A DNA stretch of 64,000 nucleotides, from positions 47,190 through 111,189 of the forward strand of contig CAZYJI010000005.1 in assembly GCA_964647725.1 (NCBI GenBank). The letters are read 5' to 3'. A model generated the notes under the pieces. The model was not told the origin of the DNA, ran no database searches, and was given only the letters and a program-made list of their open reading frames with translations. This stretch comes from an uncultured Alphaproteobacteria bacterium. GTDB lineage: Bacteria > Pseudomonadota > Alphaproteobacteria > SHNJ01. Positions 29,525 through 39,614 of this stretch are shown piece after piece. A program made the position numbers and the translations under genes. Numbering within the stretch: the stretch's first letter is position 1; every line of letters begins with the position of its first letter.

Positions 29525-30187
29525 ATGGCTATAGATATTATCATCTTCGCGATTATCGCTTTTGTTTTGCTGTTCCGCCTGTGGCAAATCCTTGGTACCC
29601 GCACCGGGATGGAACGCAAGGACCAGGATTACGCCAATTTACGCCGCCAAGCCCCGGTTCAAACCGCCGCCAAGGGCGGCCAAGCGGTGGATATTACCGT
29701 TGGCGATGAAAACAAGCATGCCTTAAACGCCCTATCGGCCAACCTTGCACAAATTAAGAATATCGACCCGAATTTTGCCGAAGGCCATTTTTTGCGTGGC
29801 GCGCGCCTGGCGTTTGAAATGGTGGCCAAGGCCTTTGCCGACGGCGATAAAGGCACGCTGAAACAATTGCTCGATCCCGCCTTGTACGATAATTTTGCTA
29901 AGGCGATTGACGAACGCAAATCGCGCGGCGAGCGTATGGAATTGACCGTAGTACGGTTGCGCGATCCGGATATTACCGATGCGCGGATCGTTGGCAGCGA
30001 AGTTTACCTGACCGTTTTATTCAAATCCGAACAAATCACCACTACGCGCGATTCGGATAACAAAGTCATCGATGGCGATCCCGACCGGATTTACGATATC
30101 AATGATATTTGGACATTCCGCCGTAATGTGGGATCGACCGCAACAAATTGGTATTTAACCGCCACCCAAACCCATGAAGAAAAATAA
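29525..30187 (+). CDS. Tim44-like domain protein
   Basis: N-terminal TM, then a Tim44-like domain. The conserved position between secB and mltA in alphaproteobacteria supports the call. Confidence 0.75.
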   Translation: MAIDIIIFAIIAFVLLFRLWQILGTRTGMERKDQDYANLRRQAPVQTAAKGGQAVDITVGDENKHALNALSANLAQIKNIDPNFAEGHFLRGARLAFEMVAKAFADGDKGTLKQLLDPALYDNFAKAIDERKSRGERMELTVVRLRDPDITDARIVGSEVYLTVLFKSEQITTTRDSDNKVIDGDPDRIYDINDIWTFRRNVGSTATNWYLTATQTHEEK

Positions 30188-31322
30188 CACCCTGCCGGCA
30201 ATTGGATTGCTCGGCCTGCTTTTTTTGGCGGCTTGCGCCGCGACGGACCATACCCCGGTCCCGGTTACATCCACCCCAGTTGAGCCTGTGGTAAAATCGG
30301 CCGGCTCCACCATCGGTCTTGATCAATTGCCTGGCTGGTCGTCGGAAAATCCGCTGGCGGCATTACAAGGCCTTAAAAATTCCTGTCCGAAATTGGTTAA
30401 ACGCAATGGCGGTAAAACCGAATTGGGCAATATCTATGGCGATCGTATTTCCCCGGCGCGCTGGCAGGAAATTTGTTCGAGCGCCCGCGGCATTGAAAAT
30501 CAATCGGCCGCGTCTTATTTTTGGCGGCAAAATTTCGAAGCGGTTCCGATGACGGACGGCGGTAAAAATACTGGCCTGATCACCGGATATTACGAAGCAG
30601 AATTGCACGGTTCCTTGAAAAAATCGGATAAGTACCGTTACCCGCTTTATAAAATGCCGCCGGATAAATATTTGGATTTAACGCGCAAAGATATCGATAA
30701 TGGCGCATTGAAAGATAAAAAATTGGAATTTGTCTGGATCGACGATCCGGTTGCGGTATTCGCCCTGCATATCCAAGGATCCGGCCGGGTGAAATTGGAT
30801 AATGGCCAGGTCATGCGCGTTGGATTTGCCGGAAAAAACCGCCAGGCTTATTATTCGATCGGCAAGGCGATTGGCGAGCAAAATATTCTGCCAAAAGATA
30901 AAATCGAAATGGCGTCGATTGAAAACTGGCTGCGCAACAATCCCGAACGCGCGGCAAAGATATTGCAAACCAATCCGTCTTATATTTTCTTCCGTAAAAT
31001 CGACGGCCTCGCTGATAATCACGAAGGCCCAATCGGCGCTTATGGTATTCCGTTGATTGCCGAACGCAGCATTGCGGTTGATCGCGCTTTTTATCCGCTT
31101 GGAATTCCGATGTGGATCGATGCCGCGCATCCGGTCAAAGACGCGCCGCTCCAAAAAATTGTCTACGCGCATGATACGGGCAGCGCGATCAAGGGCAAAA
31201 TCCGCGCCGATTATTATTTCGGCAGCGGCGATGACGCCAAATATGCGGCCGGGCAAATGCGCGGGCGCGGCAAATTATATGCGATCGTACCGCGCGGCGA
31301 GATCGCCGTTTCCGCAAAATAA
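30174..31322 (+). CDS. mltA: murein transglycosylase A
   Basis: Lipoprotein signal (LAACA) followed by MltA domain and 3D domain at the C-terminus. Confidence 0.85.
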   Translation: MKKNNTLPAIGLLGLLFLAACAATDHTPVPVTSTPVEPVVKSAGSTIGLDQLPGWSSENPLAALQGLKNSCPKLVKRNGGKTELGNIYGDRISPARWQEICSSARGIENQSAASYFWRQNFEAVPMTDGGKNTGLITGYYEAELHGSLKKSDKYRYPLYKMPPDKYLDLTRKDIDNGALKDKKLEFVWIDDPVAVFALHIQGSGRVKLDNGQVMRVGFAGKNRQAYYSIGKAIGEQNILPKDKIEMASIENWLRNNPERAAKILQTNPSYIFFRKIDGLADNHEGPIGAYGIPLIAERSIAVDRAFYPLGIPMWIDAAHPVKDAPLQKIVYAHDTGSAIKGKIRADYYFGSGDDAKYAAGQMRGRGKLYAIVPRGEIAVSAK

Positions 31323-31864
31323 TGTCTAAATCCAAAGATCCGGACGATATGGATTTATTCCGGGAAATGATGCGGGGGGTGAAAAAACTCCCCGCCGCGA
31401 AACCGCGCGTTACGGCGGAACAAAAACCGGACCCGGAAGAAAAAATGAATTGGGACGATGTTGGCACGCCGCCCAAAACAAAATCGGTGGATGCGCCGGA
31501 ATTGAAGTCGGGCAAAAATCATGGCGTCGATGCCTCCACATTCGAAAAATTCCGCCGTGGTCATATGAATATCGATTCAACATTGGATTTGCATGGCCTG
31601 ACCCAGGCGGAGGCACATGGCGCTTTGAAAAAATTCATACCTAATTGTACTGATGCGGGCGACCGGTGCGTTTTAATTATTACCGGCAAGGGCGGGGCGC
31701 GCCGTGAAGACACCATGGAAAAAACCGGGGTGTTGCGCGAAAATCTGCCCAAATGGCTGAATGGCGCGGATTTGCGACCCAGAATATTATCCCTATCCCC
31801 GGCGCAACCACGCCATGGGGGATCGGGCGCGTTTTATGTATTGCTAAAACGCCGCCGCGACTAG
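31322..31864 (+). CDS. Smr domain protein
   Basis: The C-terminal Smr motif 'LDLHGLTQAEA...VLIITGKG' is present. Confidence 0.8.
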   Translation: MSKSKDPDDMDLFREMMRGVKKLPAAKPRVTAEQKPDPEEKMNWDDVGTPPKTKSVDAPELKSGKNHGVDASTFEKFRRGHMNIDSTLDLHGLTQAEAHGALKKFIPNCTDAGDRCVLIITGKGGARREDTMEKTGVLRENLPKWLNGADLRPRILSLSPAQPRHGGSGAFYVLLKRRRD

Positions 31865-31867
31865 AAT

Positions 31868-31915
31868 CCCCACCCCAAACGCTCTCGCGTTTGACCCTCC
31901 CTCAAGGGGAGGGTA
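31868..31915 (+). repeat. REP-like double-hairpin repeat, copy C; likely acts as terminator after smr
   Basis: CCCCACCCCAAA-[cgctctcgcg]-TTTGACCCTCCCTCAAGGGGAGGGTA. Confidence 0.85.
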
Positions 31916-31949
31916 TATTACGTTACCACATCTAATAACGAGGTTCTCC

Positions 31950-32312
31950 ATGGCTTACGATCGCAATAATATTTTCGCCAAAATTCTGCGCGGCGATATT
32001 CCGTGTAAAAAGATTTTTGAAAACGAATTCGTGCTGGCGTTTTACGACATCAACCCGCAAGCACCGACCCATGTGCTGGTCATCCCAAAGGGCGAATATG
32101 TTTCGTTCGACGATTTTTCGTCCAAGGCGAGCAACGATGAAATCACCGGATTTTTCCGCGCCGCCGGCCAGGTCGCCAATCAAGTCGGCGCGACCGAACA
32201 AGGATTCCGTTTAATTTCCAATTGCGGATCGAATGGCGGCCAGGAAGTACCGCATTTCCATATTCATATTCTGGCCGGGCGCAAGCTTGGAAAAATGATC
32301 GCCGCCGCTTAA
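31950..32312 (+). CDS. HIT family protein (histidine triad)
   Basis: The 'HFHIHIL' histidine triad is present; length is 120 aa. Confidence 0.88.
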   Translation: MAYDRNNIFAKILRGDIPCKKIFENEFVLAFYDINPQAPTHVLVIPKGEYVSFDDFSSKASNDEITGFFRAAGQVANQVGATEQGFRLISNCGSNGGQEVPHFHIHILAGRKLGKMIAAA

Positions 32313-33826
32313 TCCTTCACATTCAATCGCCGATATCCCAGCGCCTCGGCGATATGGGTGCGGCCAACATTGTCGTTGGCGGCCAGATCCGCGATGGTGC
32401 GCGCGACGCGCAAAATACGGTGATAGCCGCGCGCGGATAATTTCCATTTTTCCGCCGCTTCGGCCAATAATTTCTGCGCGTCATCGCTAAGTTTCACAAT
32501 TTGCTGTAACACTTCGCCATCGGCCTCGGCATTGGTGCGGCATTTAACATCTAATGCCGCGAATCTTTGCTGAGCGCGTTCCCGCGCCGTCATAATGCGT
32601 GCGGCGATATCGTCGCTGGTCTCGCCCGACGCTTCGCGCGATAAATCCAGCGCACTGACCGCAGGCACATCGACATGCAAATCGATCCGGTCAAAAATGG
32701 GCCCGGATATTTTCGATTGATAATCGCCAGCGCAACGCGGTGCCTTGGTACAACAGCGCGATGGATCATCCAAATACCCGCACCGGCATGGATTCATCGC
32801 CGCGATCAATTGAAATCTAGCGGGATAAGTGATGTGTGCATTGGCGCGGGCAATTAACGCGCGTCCGGTTTCAATCGGCTGGCGCAAGGCTTCCAATGTT
32901 TGTCTTTGAAATTCCGGCAATTCATCCAAAAATAAAACGCCCTGGTGCGCCAACGATATTTCCCCTGGCGCGGCGCGAAGTCCGCCGCCAACCAATGCGG
33001 GCAAAGATGCGGAATGATGCGGATCGCGATATGGGCGGGTTTTAGAAATTTTTCCATCGTCCAATTGCCCGGCGATGGAATGGATCATGCTGACTTCTAA
33101 TGCCTCCACCGCCGATAACTCCGGCAAGATTGATGGCAAGCGGGAGGCCAGCATCGATTTGCCCGATCCTGGCGGGCCGATCATCAACATATTATGGCCG
33201 CCAGCCGCCGCGATCTCTAACGCGCGTTTGGCGGTTTCCTGGCCCTTGATATCGCGCAAATTCAAATGGGTTTTGACTGCTTCCGTCAATTTCGGGGTGG
33301 GGCGCGATAATACTTGCGTGCCTTTGAAATGATTGATCAGCGACAATAAACTGTGTGGCGCGATAATATCTAATCCATCAACCCATGCGGCTTCAGGGCC
33401 ATTAGGTTCAGGGCAAATAATGCCGTGTGATATTTCAAACGCATGCATCGCGGCGGGCAAAACGCCATTCACGCCGCTTAATTGCCCATCGAGCGCGAGT
33501 TCACCAAGCGCCACATACCGGTCCAACTGATCCTGACCGATAATGCCGGATGCCGCCAAAACGCCAAGGGCGATGGGCAAATCGAAATGCGATCCTTCTT
33601 TTAAAACATCGGCCGGGGATAAATTGACGACAATGCGTTTGGGGGGCAGGGCCAATCCCATCGAATGCAACGCGGCGCGCACCCGTTCGCGCGATTCGCC
33701 AACCGCCTTGTCGGGCAAACCCACGATCACGAAATCCACCTTGCCGGTGGTCAGCGTGACTTGCACGTCGATCGGCAAAACATCGATACCCTGGAATGCG
33801 GCGGTTTTGATGCGATTAATGCTCAT
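32309..33826 (-). CDS. comM: YifB/ComM family Mg-chelatase-like AAA+ ATPase
   Basis: Lon-like N-domain, Walker A 'GPPGSGKS' and 'DELPEF' Walker B are present; length is 505 aa. Confidence 0.9.
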   Translation of the reverse strand: MSINRIKTAAFQGIDVLPIDVQVTLTTGKVDFVIVGLPDKAVGESRERVRAALHSMGLALPPKRIVVNLSPADVLKEGSHFDLPIALGVLAASGIIGQDQLDRYVALGELALDGQLSGVNGVLPAAMHAFEISHGIICPEPNGPEAAWVDGLDIIAPHSLLSLINHFKGTQVLSRPTPKLTEAVKTHLNLRDIKGQETAKRALEIAAAGGHNMLMIGPPGSGKSMLASRLPSILPELSAVEALEVSMIHSIAGQLDDGKISKTRPYRDPHHSASLPALVGGGLRAAPGEISLAHQGVLFLDELPEFQRQTLEALRQPIETGRALIARANAHITYPARFQLIAAMNPCRCGYLDDPSRCCTKAPRCAGDYQSKISGPIFDRIDLHVDVPAVSALDLSREASGETSDDIAARIMTARERAQQRFAALDVKCRTNAEADGEVLQQIVKLSDDAQKLLAEAAEKWKLSARGYHRILRVARTIADLAANDNVGRTHIAEALGYRRLNVKD

Positions 33827-33935
33827 CCCCGGTTTTTAGCACATTCAATTCCAAAACAAAACCAGAACAAATTCACCGTTGACAGGTAGGCCTATCAGAC
33901 ATAAAAATATCTGAATTGAAAATAGGAGATTATCG

Positions 33936-34379
33936 ATGCCAGAAAGTATATTTGGTGGTTCGTTTTGGTCCTCGGGGCGGGTGCGTTCGTCCAGTTCTTA
34001 TGGTGCCAGTTATCTTTCCAGTTATGGGCATAACGAACCGCCAAAACCAAAACCACAAGTCAAAGTAAAACCACCAAAACCAAGACCGGTGGCGCAATGG
34101 TTTATCGAGCATGGAAAATCGAATCCGTGGGATATGTTATTTACCAATCCCACCACTGGGCAAACTAAAAAGATTAGCCGGAGAGATTATGAAAATGCCC
34201 TTCGGGTAACATTGCCCAGCCATGGCCGCGTTATTTTGGTAGATGATGTGTTGAGAACGGCGGATGCTCGCAAGGCCGCTATGGAAAAAATTGGCAGCGG
34301 CGCAAAATCGAGAACCAAAGGCCGTCATCGTGTAGCGCAAGCTTATTGGCGTAATGGGCATATGGTAAAATCCCGCTAG
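33936..34379 (+). CDS. hypothetical small protein, paralog 1 (Ser/Tyr- and Lys/Pro-rich N-terminus)
   Basis: It shares 'I..(D/E)Y(E/K).A..(V/L)T', 'VLRT(A/V)(D/E)AR(K/R)(A/T)A' and a C-terminal 'W(R/K)(N/D)G(H/E)MV' with the next ORF. Confidence 0.45.
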   Translation: MPESIFGGSFWSSGRVRSSSSYGASYLSSYGHNEPPKPKPQVKVKPPKPRPVAQWFIEHGKSNPWDMLFTNPTTGQTKKISRRDYENALRVTLPSHGRVILVDDVLRTADARKAAMEKIGSGAKSRTKGRHRVAQAYWRNGHMVKSR

Positions 34380-34417
34380 CATTTTGATTAAATAATTGAA
34401 GATTACAGGAGAGAAAT

Positions 34418-34834
34418 ATGGGAAGAGATTTAAGGGCTTGGCTGGGTTCTTACGCGGGACAAACAAGGACAGTACGTAGGGAAGTAGACGATTTTCGTTC
34501 TACAGATGGAACGTCCGCTGTTGCAGCGGCGCCTGCGGCAAATCAACCATTAGCCTCGCTTTCCATCGTAACGCCGGGTTGTGCTTGGAATTTACAACAA
34601 AGAATTGGCGGTCAAATAACTTTGGTTCATCCACGAGATGGCACAGTGACTATACCCGAAGCCGAATATAAAGAAGCCGAAGCGTTGACCGATGTTTCAG
34701 GAAATAAGCCACTAGGCCCGGGCAAAGTTTTGCGCACTGTGGAAGCGCGCCGCACGGCATTAGCAGGCGCTAGTTTGCATGATCTTGAGATGCTTCGAAA
34801 AGCACGCTGGAAAGATGGCGAGATGGTTCGGTAA
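34418..34834 (+). CDS. hypothetical small protein, paralog 2
   Basis: See the previous entry. It is followed by a terminator. Confidence 0.45.
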   Translation: MGRDLRAWLGSYAGQTRTVRREVDDFRSTDGTSAVAAAPAANQPLASLSIVTPGCAWNLQQRIGGQITLVHPRDGTVTIPEAEYKEAEALTDVSGNKPLGPGKVLRTVEARRTALAGASLHDLEMLRKARWKDGEMVR

Positions 34835-34849
34835 ATAAATTTAACCAAC

Positions 34850-34888
34850 AAAAACCCCCGGCTAAACGCGCGGGGGTTTTTTATTTTG
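34850..34888. terminator. rho-independent terminator (bidirectional)
   Basis: The CCCCCG...CGGGGG hairpin is followed by TTTTTTATTTT. Confidence 0.65.
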
Positions 34889-34898
34889 AAACTACGAA

Positions 34899-34973
34899 CT
34901 AGCAGCCACCTGGTTTCGGTTGGCCTGGTTGTTCGGATGGTTTCGGTTTATTTTTTTGAAATGGACCGCCCAT
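34899..34973 (-). CDS. candidate 24-aa micro-ORF MGGPFQKNKPKPSEQPGQPKPGGC with a strong SD
   Basis: AAGGAG lies 6 nt upstream of the ATG, in the gap between gshB and the terminator. It was not in the ORF track because it is under 60 aa. Confidence 0.25.
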   Translation of the reverse strand: MGGPFQKNKPKPSEQPGQPKPGGC

Positions 34974-35057
34974 AATGGACTCCTTTGTTAGGGTTGAAAT
35001 CTTATCGCGTCCTGCAAAGAACGCTTGGTTAATATTTAGGCCTCGTTTGGTACGAAA

Positions 35058-36014
35058 TCAAGCCGCTGCTTGACGTAATTTAACCAATTGATTTTGCGCC
35101 ATATTCCAGAATATTTCGGCGGCGTTCTTGTTATAGAGTTGTTGAATTGGGATCAAACCCGATGGCGAGGTGACATTGATTTCAATCAAATAATCGCCGA
35201 TCAAATCGACGCCAGCCAAAAATAATCCGGCTTTCGCCATAAATGGCCCAATCGTATCGCAGATTTTTTTCTGTCCGGGCGTCAGTTCGGTGATTTGATA
35301 AGGCGACCGGTCGGAATAGCCCGATAAAATACTTCCCTGCGGCGGGACGTTTTTCATGGTTGCGATCACTTCGCCGCCAATCATTATTACGCGCTTGCTG
35401 CCATCGTAAATATCGGCCAAGAATTTTTGCGCGATAATCGGTTGTCCATACGATAACATCGTGCGCACAATCGATTCGAAATTCTTATCTTCGGGCTTGA
35501 TGTAAAACACGCGCTGTCCGTGACGGCCGTAAATCGGCTTGACCACGATCTCGCCCTGTTTTTTGTAAAATTCTGCGATAATGTCGTATTCGGCGCTGAT
35601 CGTCGTTGGCGGGATCAGGGCTGGGAAATGCAGCGGCAAGATTTTTTCCGGAAAATCGCGCAGCGATTTCGGATTATTCAGCACCAAGGTTTTGTGTGCG
35701 ATCAGATCCAGCAATAATGTGGTCGTTACATAAGACATATCGAATGGCGGATTTTGCCGAATTAAAACCACATCGGTGTTTGCCAGATTTAAATCGGTCA
35801 CCGCGCTCAGTTGATAAGATATTTCGCCTTTGGGAATCGTTACGAATTGTCCGCGCGCGGTAATATTGTCGCCGTTCGCGGATAATTGATCTGGCGTATA
35901 ATAAAATATTTTATATCCGCGGTTGGCGGCTTCGCGCATCAGGAAAAATGTATTGTCGTGCGGCAAATTCAATTGGCCGATATCGTCCATTTGCACGGCG
36001 ATGGTTTTAATCAT
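35058..36014 (-). CDS. gshB: glutathione synthetase
   Basis: ATP-grasp protein with prokaryotic GshB N-domain and ATP-grasp motifs. Context is rsmI-yraN-gshB. Confidence 0.9.
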   Translation of the reverse strand: MIKTIAVQMDDIGQLNLPHDNTFFLMREAANRGYKIFYYTPDQLSANGDNITARGQFVTIPKGEISYQLSAVTDLNLANTDVVLIRQNPPFDMSYVTTTLLLDLIAHKTLVLNNPKSLRDFPEKILPLHFPALIPPTTISAEYDIIAEFYKKQGEIVVKPIYGRHGQRVFYIKPEDKNFESIVRTMLSYGQPIIAQKFLADIYDGSKRVIMIGGEVIATMKNVPPQGSILSGYSDRSPYQITELTPGQKKICDTIGPFMAKAGLFLAGVDLIGDYLIEINVTSPSGLIPIQQLYNKNAAEIFWNMAQNQLVKLRQAAA

Positions 36015-36643
36015 GATGTTTCTCCGGATCGCGATTTAATGCGCGCATATTGCTTTACTTGTTTGACATATTCAAGCCCTTTGCACAGCGCGATCACGCG
36101 CGTCAATTCGGCCTCGTTCTGCGCGATGCCCATAATATAAACCACGCCGCGCACCACATCGACCGCGTAATTGATGGCATATATGTTTTTATCCAGTGTC
36201 ATGCGCGCCTTTATTTCGGTGGCGGCGGCAGTATCCTGGGCCAGCGTGTCGATTCCGCCGGTGCCGTCATCGATGCGGATTTCATTGATCACTTCGGTCA
36301 CGCCGGGCACGCGCCAGATTCTTTTGATTGCCTCCAATCGGTCTTCCGGTGTTTTGATAAAACCGACTACCAAAACCCGTCCTTCGCGTACGGTGATATT
36401 CAGTTGTTGGAACATATCGAAACTGTAATCCATCCAATGGCCTTGGATTTCGGTATTGATGCGCAAATCATCGGCCGATTGGCCGAACCCGCGTTCCTCC
36501 ATTGCCGCCGTGCCCGCCATCGCGCCAGCGCCGATCAACATGCCCACAGGCGCGCACGCGGATAAAAAAGCGCCGCAAAATAAAATGCCTAGGATCAGTA
36601 AGTTTCTCATCAACTCCATGCCGCAATAATATGTACCGGCCAT
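36011..36643 (-). CDS. BON-domain lipoprotein (OsmY/YraP-like)
   Basis: Lipobox 'LSAC' is present; the start is probably at MRNLL (about 36610). Two BON-like segments follow. Confidence 0.65.
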   Translation of the reverse strand: MAGTYYCGMELMRNLLILGILFCGAFLSACAPVGMLIGAGAMAGTAAMEERGFGQSADDLRINTEIQGHWMDYSFDMFQQLNITVREGRVLVVGFIKTPEDRLEAIKRIWRVPGVTEVINEIRIDDGTGGIDTLAQDTAAATEIKARMTLDKNIYAINYAVDVVRGVVYIMGIAQNEAELTRVIALCKGLEYVKQVKQYARIKSRSGETS

Positions 36644-36996
36644 TTGCCCGGCACGCAGATCACTTCATCATAGCGCAAATGATAATTATTCCAATATGCG
36701 GGATGGCGTTTTAAAAAAATATCGGCCGCATCTGCGATGCGTTTTTGATGATATTGGCTGTTGGCTTCGGATGCCGCCCATACATCGCCCCGTGATTTAA
36801 TTTCAACGAATGCGATGGTCTTGCCGCGCCTTACGATTAAATCGATCTCGCCAACCTTGGTTTTGTATCGCCGTGCGATTGGCCAATATCCCTTGCCCAA
36901 AAGGTACAATAATGCCAAAAATTCCGCCCAAACCCCGCGGCGGAAATTTGTGCCGCCTTGCTTGGTTTTGAATGCGGATTTATTCGGATTCGCCAT
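36610..36996 (-). CDS. yraN: YraN family protein (UPF0102, endonuclease-like)
   Basis: 'GEIDLIVRRGKTIAFVEIKSR' is typical of UPF0102. Confidence 0.82.
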   Translation of the reverse strand: MANPNKSAFKTKQGGTNFRRGVWAEFLALLYLLGKGYWPIARRYKTKVGEIDLIVRRGKTIAFVEIKSRGDVWAASEANSQYHQKRIADAADIFLKRHPAYWNNYHLRYDEVICVPGKWPVHIIAAWS

Positions 36997-37870
36997 TGGC
37001 TAGATTTTGCAATTCAATCGCCCGTTTATACACCTGGCGTTTGGGCAATTTCGCCTCCCGCGCGACAATCTCGGCGGCGTCCTTGACACTCATGAATCCA
37101 AGCGCCTTCTGCAACATGCCATCCAAATCGTCCGGTGTTGCGCCGATTGGGTGCGAATTGTCGATCAATACGGTCACTTCACCTTTTGGTTCGTTTGCGG
37201 TGTAATGCGCAATCAGGGCGGATAATTTGCCGCGCTGCATTTCTTCGAACATTTTGGTGAGTTCCCGCGCAACGGCGGCATCCACATCGCCGAACACATC
37301 CAAACATTTTTGCAATGATTCGACCAGGCGCGTTGGCGATTCGAAAAACATAATGGTTGCTTCTAATTTCTGCCATTCCAGCAATTTGTTGCTGCGGCCT
37401 TTTTGCGGCAAGAATCCGAAAAAATGAAACGGAATTGGCGGCAGGCCGGAAATCGCCAGCGCCGCGATGGTGGCCGATGGCCCTGGAATAATATGGATTG
37501 GAATATTTTCAGCCACACAAGCCCGCATCAACCGGTATCCGGGATCGGAAATTAATGGCGTTCCGGCGTCGCTGATCAACGCGACCGATTCGCCGCCCTG
37601 AATTTTCCCGGCTAATTTACTGGCCATGCCCATTTCATTGTGATCGTGATAAGAAATTAATTTCGCGTCGATGCCATAAAAATTCAACAATTTCTGGCTA
37701 TGCCTGGTGTCTTCGGCGGCGATCCAATCGACCGATTGCAGGATTTGCAGCGCGCGCAAGGTAATGTCCCATTTGTTGCCGATCGGCGTTGCCACCACGT
37801 ATAAACCGGCTTTGGGCTTTCTTTGCTTTAAACTGCCAGCAATTTGGATTAGGTTATTGTCCTGGCTCAT
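36980..37870 (-). CDS. rsmI: 16S rRNA (cytidine1402-2'-O)-methyltransferase
   Basis: 'LYVVATPIGN' tetrapyrrole-methylase fold is present; length is 296 aa. Confidence 0.9.
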   Translation of the reverse strand: MSQDNNLIQIAGSLKQRKPKAGLYVVATPIGNKWDITLRALQILQSVDWIAAEDTRHSQKLLNFYGIDAKLISYHDHNEMGMASKLAGKIQGGESVALISDAGTPLISDPGYRLMRACVAENIPIHIIPGPSATIAALAISGLPPIPFHFFGFLPQKGRSNKLLEWQKLEATIMFFESPTRLVESLQKCLDVFGDVDAAVARELTKMFEEMQRGKLSALIAHYTANEPKGEVTVLIDNSHPIGATPDDLDGMLQKALGFMSVKDAAEIVAREAKLPKRQVYKRAIELQNLANGESE

Positions 37871-37909
37871 GGAATTTTCGGAACTCGCCGCTTTTATTTT
37901 GGTGCAATC

Positions 37910-39106
37910 ATGACGTTTGTATTTTCACTTTACCCATCCAATCTTCGCCGCGCAATGCAGAATATCGCCTTGATATTATTGCTGTTGGCAATTTTCACGA
38001 GTCTAGCGCAAGCGCAGAATAAACCGACGTCCGAGCAAGCGGTTACGGTGCAGTCGGTACCGGTGCCGGCACAATCATCCATGGCTCCGCCGGCGCAGCG
38101 ATTGAAAATCGCCTTGTTATTGCCGCTATCCGGCCCGCAATCGATATTGGGTCAGGCGATGCAAAACGCGGCGGTGATGGGCATTTACGCCTCGTCCGAT
38201 CCGCGTTTGGCGATTGTGCCATATGATACCGGCGGCAAACCGGAACAAGCGCAACTGGCGGCATCGCGCGCGGTGGCCGAGGGCGCTGGCGCGATTTTAG
38301 GCCCGCTTTACAGCACCGAAGTGCGCGGCATTAGAAACAATCCCGCCCTGCCGCCCATTCCGATTTTAAGTTTCAGCAACGATCCAGCGGCAGCGGGGCA
38401 AAATGTATTTTTACTCGGCATGACGCCGCAAACCGAAATCGCGACCCTGTTGCATGATTTAGAAGTTCGCGGCGTGCGGATTTTACATGTGCTGGCGCCG
38501 GAAACGCCCTATGGCAATGGCGTTGTGGATGCGGCAAAAAATTACGCGGCGCGCAGCGGCATTAAATTGCAAACAATCGCCACGTATTCGTCCAGCAATC
38601 CAAAACAATTATTAGGTGCGGCACAGAAAATAAAAGCTGCCTTGCCGGATGCGGCGCCGAACCTGGTCAATTCCTATCACGCGATTTTGGTCGGCGAGGT
38701 CGGCGGGCGGCTTGGCGCGGTTGACGCCAATTTCCAAAAACTCGGCATTAATTCGACCGATATTGTGATCGCCGGGCCATCCAGCTGGCTTGAAGCCAAT
38801 TTCGCCAATCTGCCCAGCCTGCAACAATCCTATTATGTTTTGCCCGATCCAAAATCGATGCAACAATTTGCGGTGAAATACGGAGCTTATTTCGGCGGCA
38901 ATCCGCCGGGACTGGCGATGATGGCGTTCGATGGCGTGCAAATTTTATCCGCCGCGCTGACCGCCGCGCCGCAAGCGGGCGGGATTCAAGCGGCCTTGTC
39001 GGCCATGCCGTCTTTTCAGGTGAATTCTGGATTATTGCGATTTAACGCGCAAAACATGGCCGAACGGCAATTGGCCGTGATCCGCGCCGATGCCCGGAAT
39101 TTCTAA
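37910..39106 (+). CDS. penicillin-binding protein activator LpoA-like / LppC-family periplasmic binding protein
   Basis: A signal peptide and a type-1 periplasmic binding fold are present. Conserved position divergent from rsmI. Confidence 0.65.
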   Translation: MTFVFSLYPSNLRRAMQNIALILLLLAIFTSLAQAQNKPTSEQAVTVQSVPVPAQSSMAPPAQRLKIALLLPLSGPQSILGQAMQNAAVMGIYASSDPRLAIVPYDTGGKPEQAQLAASRAVAEGAGAILGPLYSTEVRGIRNNPALPPIPILSFSNDPAAAGQNVFLLGMTPQTEIATLLHDLEVRGVRILHVLAPETPYGNGVVDAAKNYAARSGIKLQTIATYSSSNPKQLLGAAQKIKAALPDAAPNLVNSYHAILVGEVGGRLGAVDANFQKLGINSTDIVIAGPSSWLEANFANLPSLQQSYYVLPDPKSMQQFAVKYGAYFGGNPPGLAMMAFDGVQILSAALTAAPQAGGIQAALSAMPSFQVNSGLLRFNAQNMAERQLAVIRADARNF

Positions 39107-39614
39107 AACGAATCGTGTTGAAATTCTAAAGCGGACATTGTATACCGTTAAAGAAATGTCTGAACAGCCTACCATAGAAAGTCTTTTGCCGTTAATCGCC
39201 GCTCCAGGCCGTTACTGCGCCGCCAATGAATCCGGCGCCATTATGATCATTTTGGCCAATCATATAAAACACAAAACCCATGGATCGTTATTGGTTTGGC
39301 TTGCCATTCATGATGGAATGATCAAGGGATTTAAAATAAGAATCGATACGGGTGATTTTGATCTTAGCGTCCCATCCATCATGAATGCCGTTATGGCTAT
39401 ATTGGCTTTGCCAGACGTAAGCGAGCGAGAGGCAGCTTTTAAACAGCGAAATATCTATCCAATAAATGCGCAAGAATTATGGGACTTAATAGGGCGTCAG
39501 GATAAATCAGCCTATGAACATTTAAAAAATGCAGCTAATTTATCAAAAGCTACGCGGGCTGGTTTATCCGCCGCTATGTATCAATATTTATTGGCTCGGG
39601 GCGGTCGGCGTTAA
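39090..39614 (+). CDS. hypothetical protein
   Basis: ORF overlapping the lpoA-like 3' end. The likely start is at the internal Met (MSEQPTIESLL). Confidence 0.4.
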   Translation: MPGISKTNRVEILKRTLYTVKEMSEQPTIESLLPLIAAPGRYCAANESGAIMIILANHIKHKTHGSLLVWLAIHDGMIKGFKIRIDTGDFDLSVPSIMNAVMAILALPDVSEREAAFKQRNIYPINAQELWDLIGRQDKSAYEHLKNAANLSKATRAGLSAAMYQYLLARGGRR

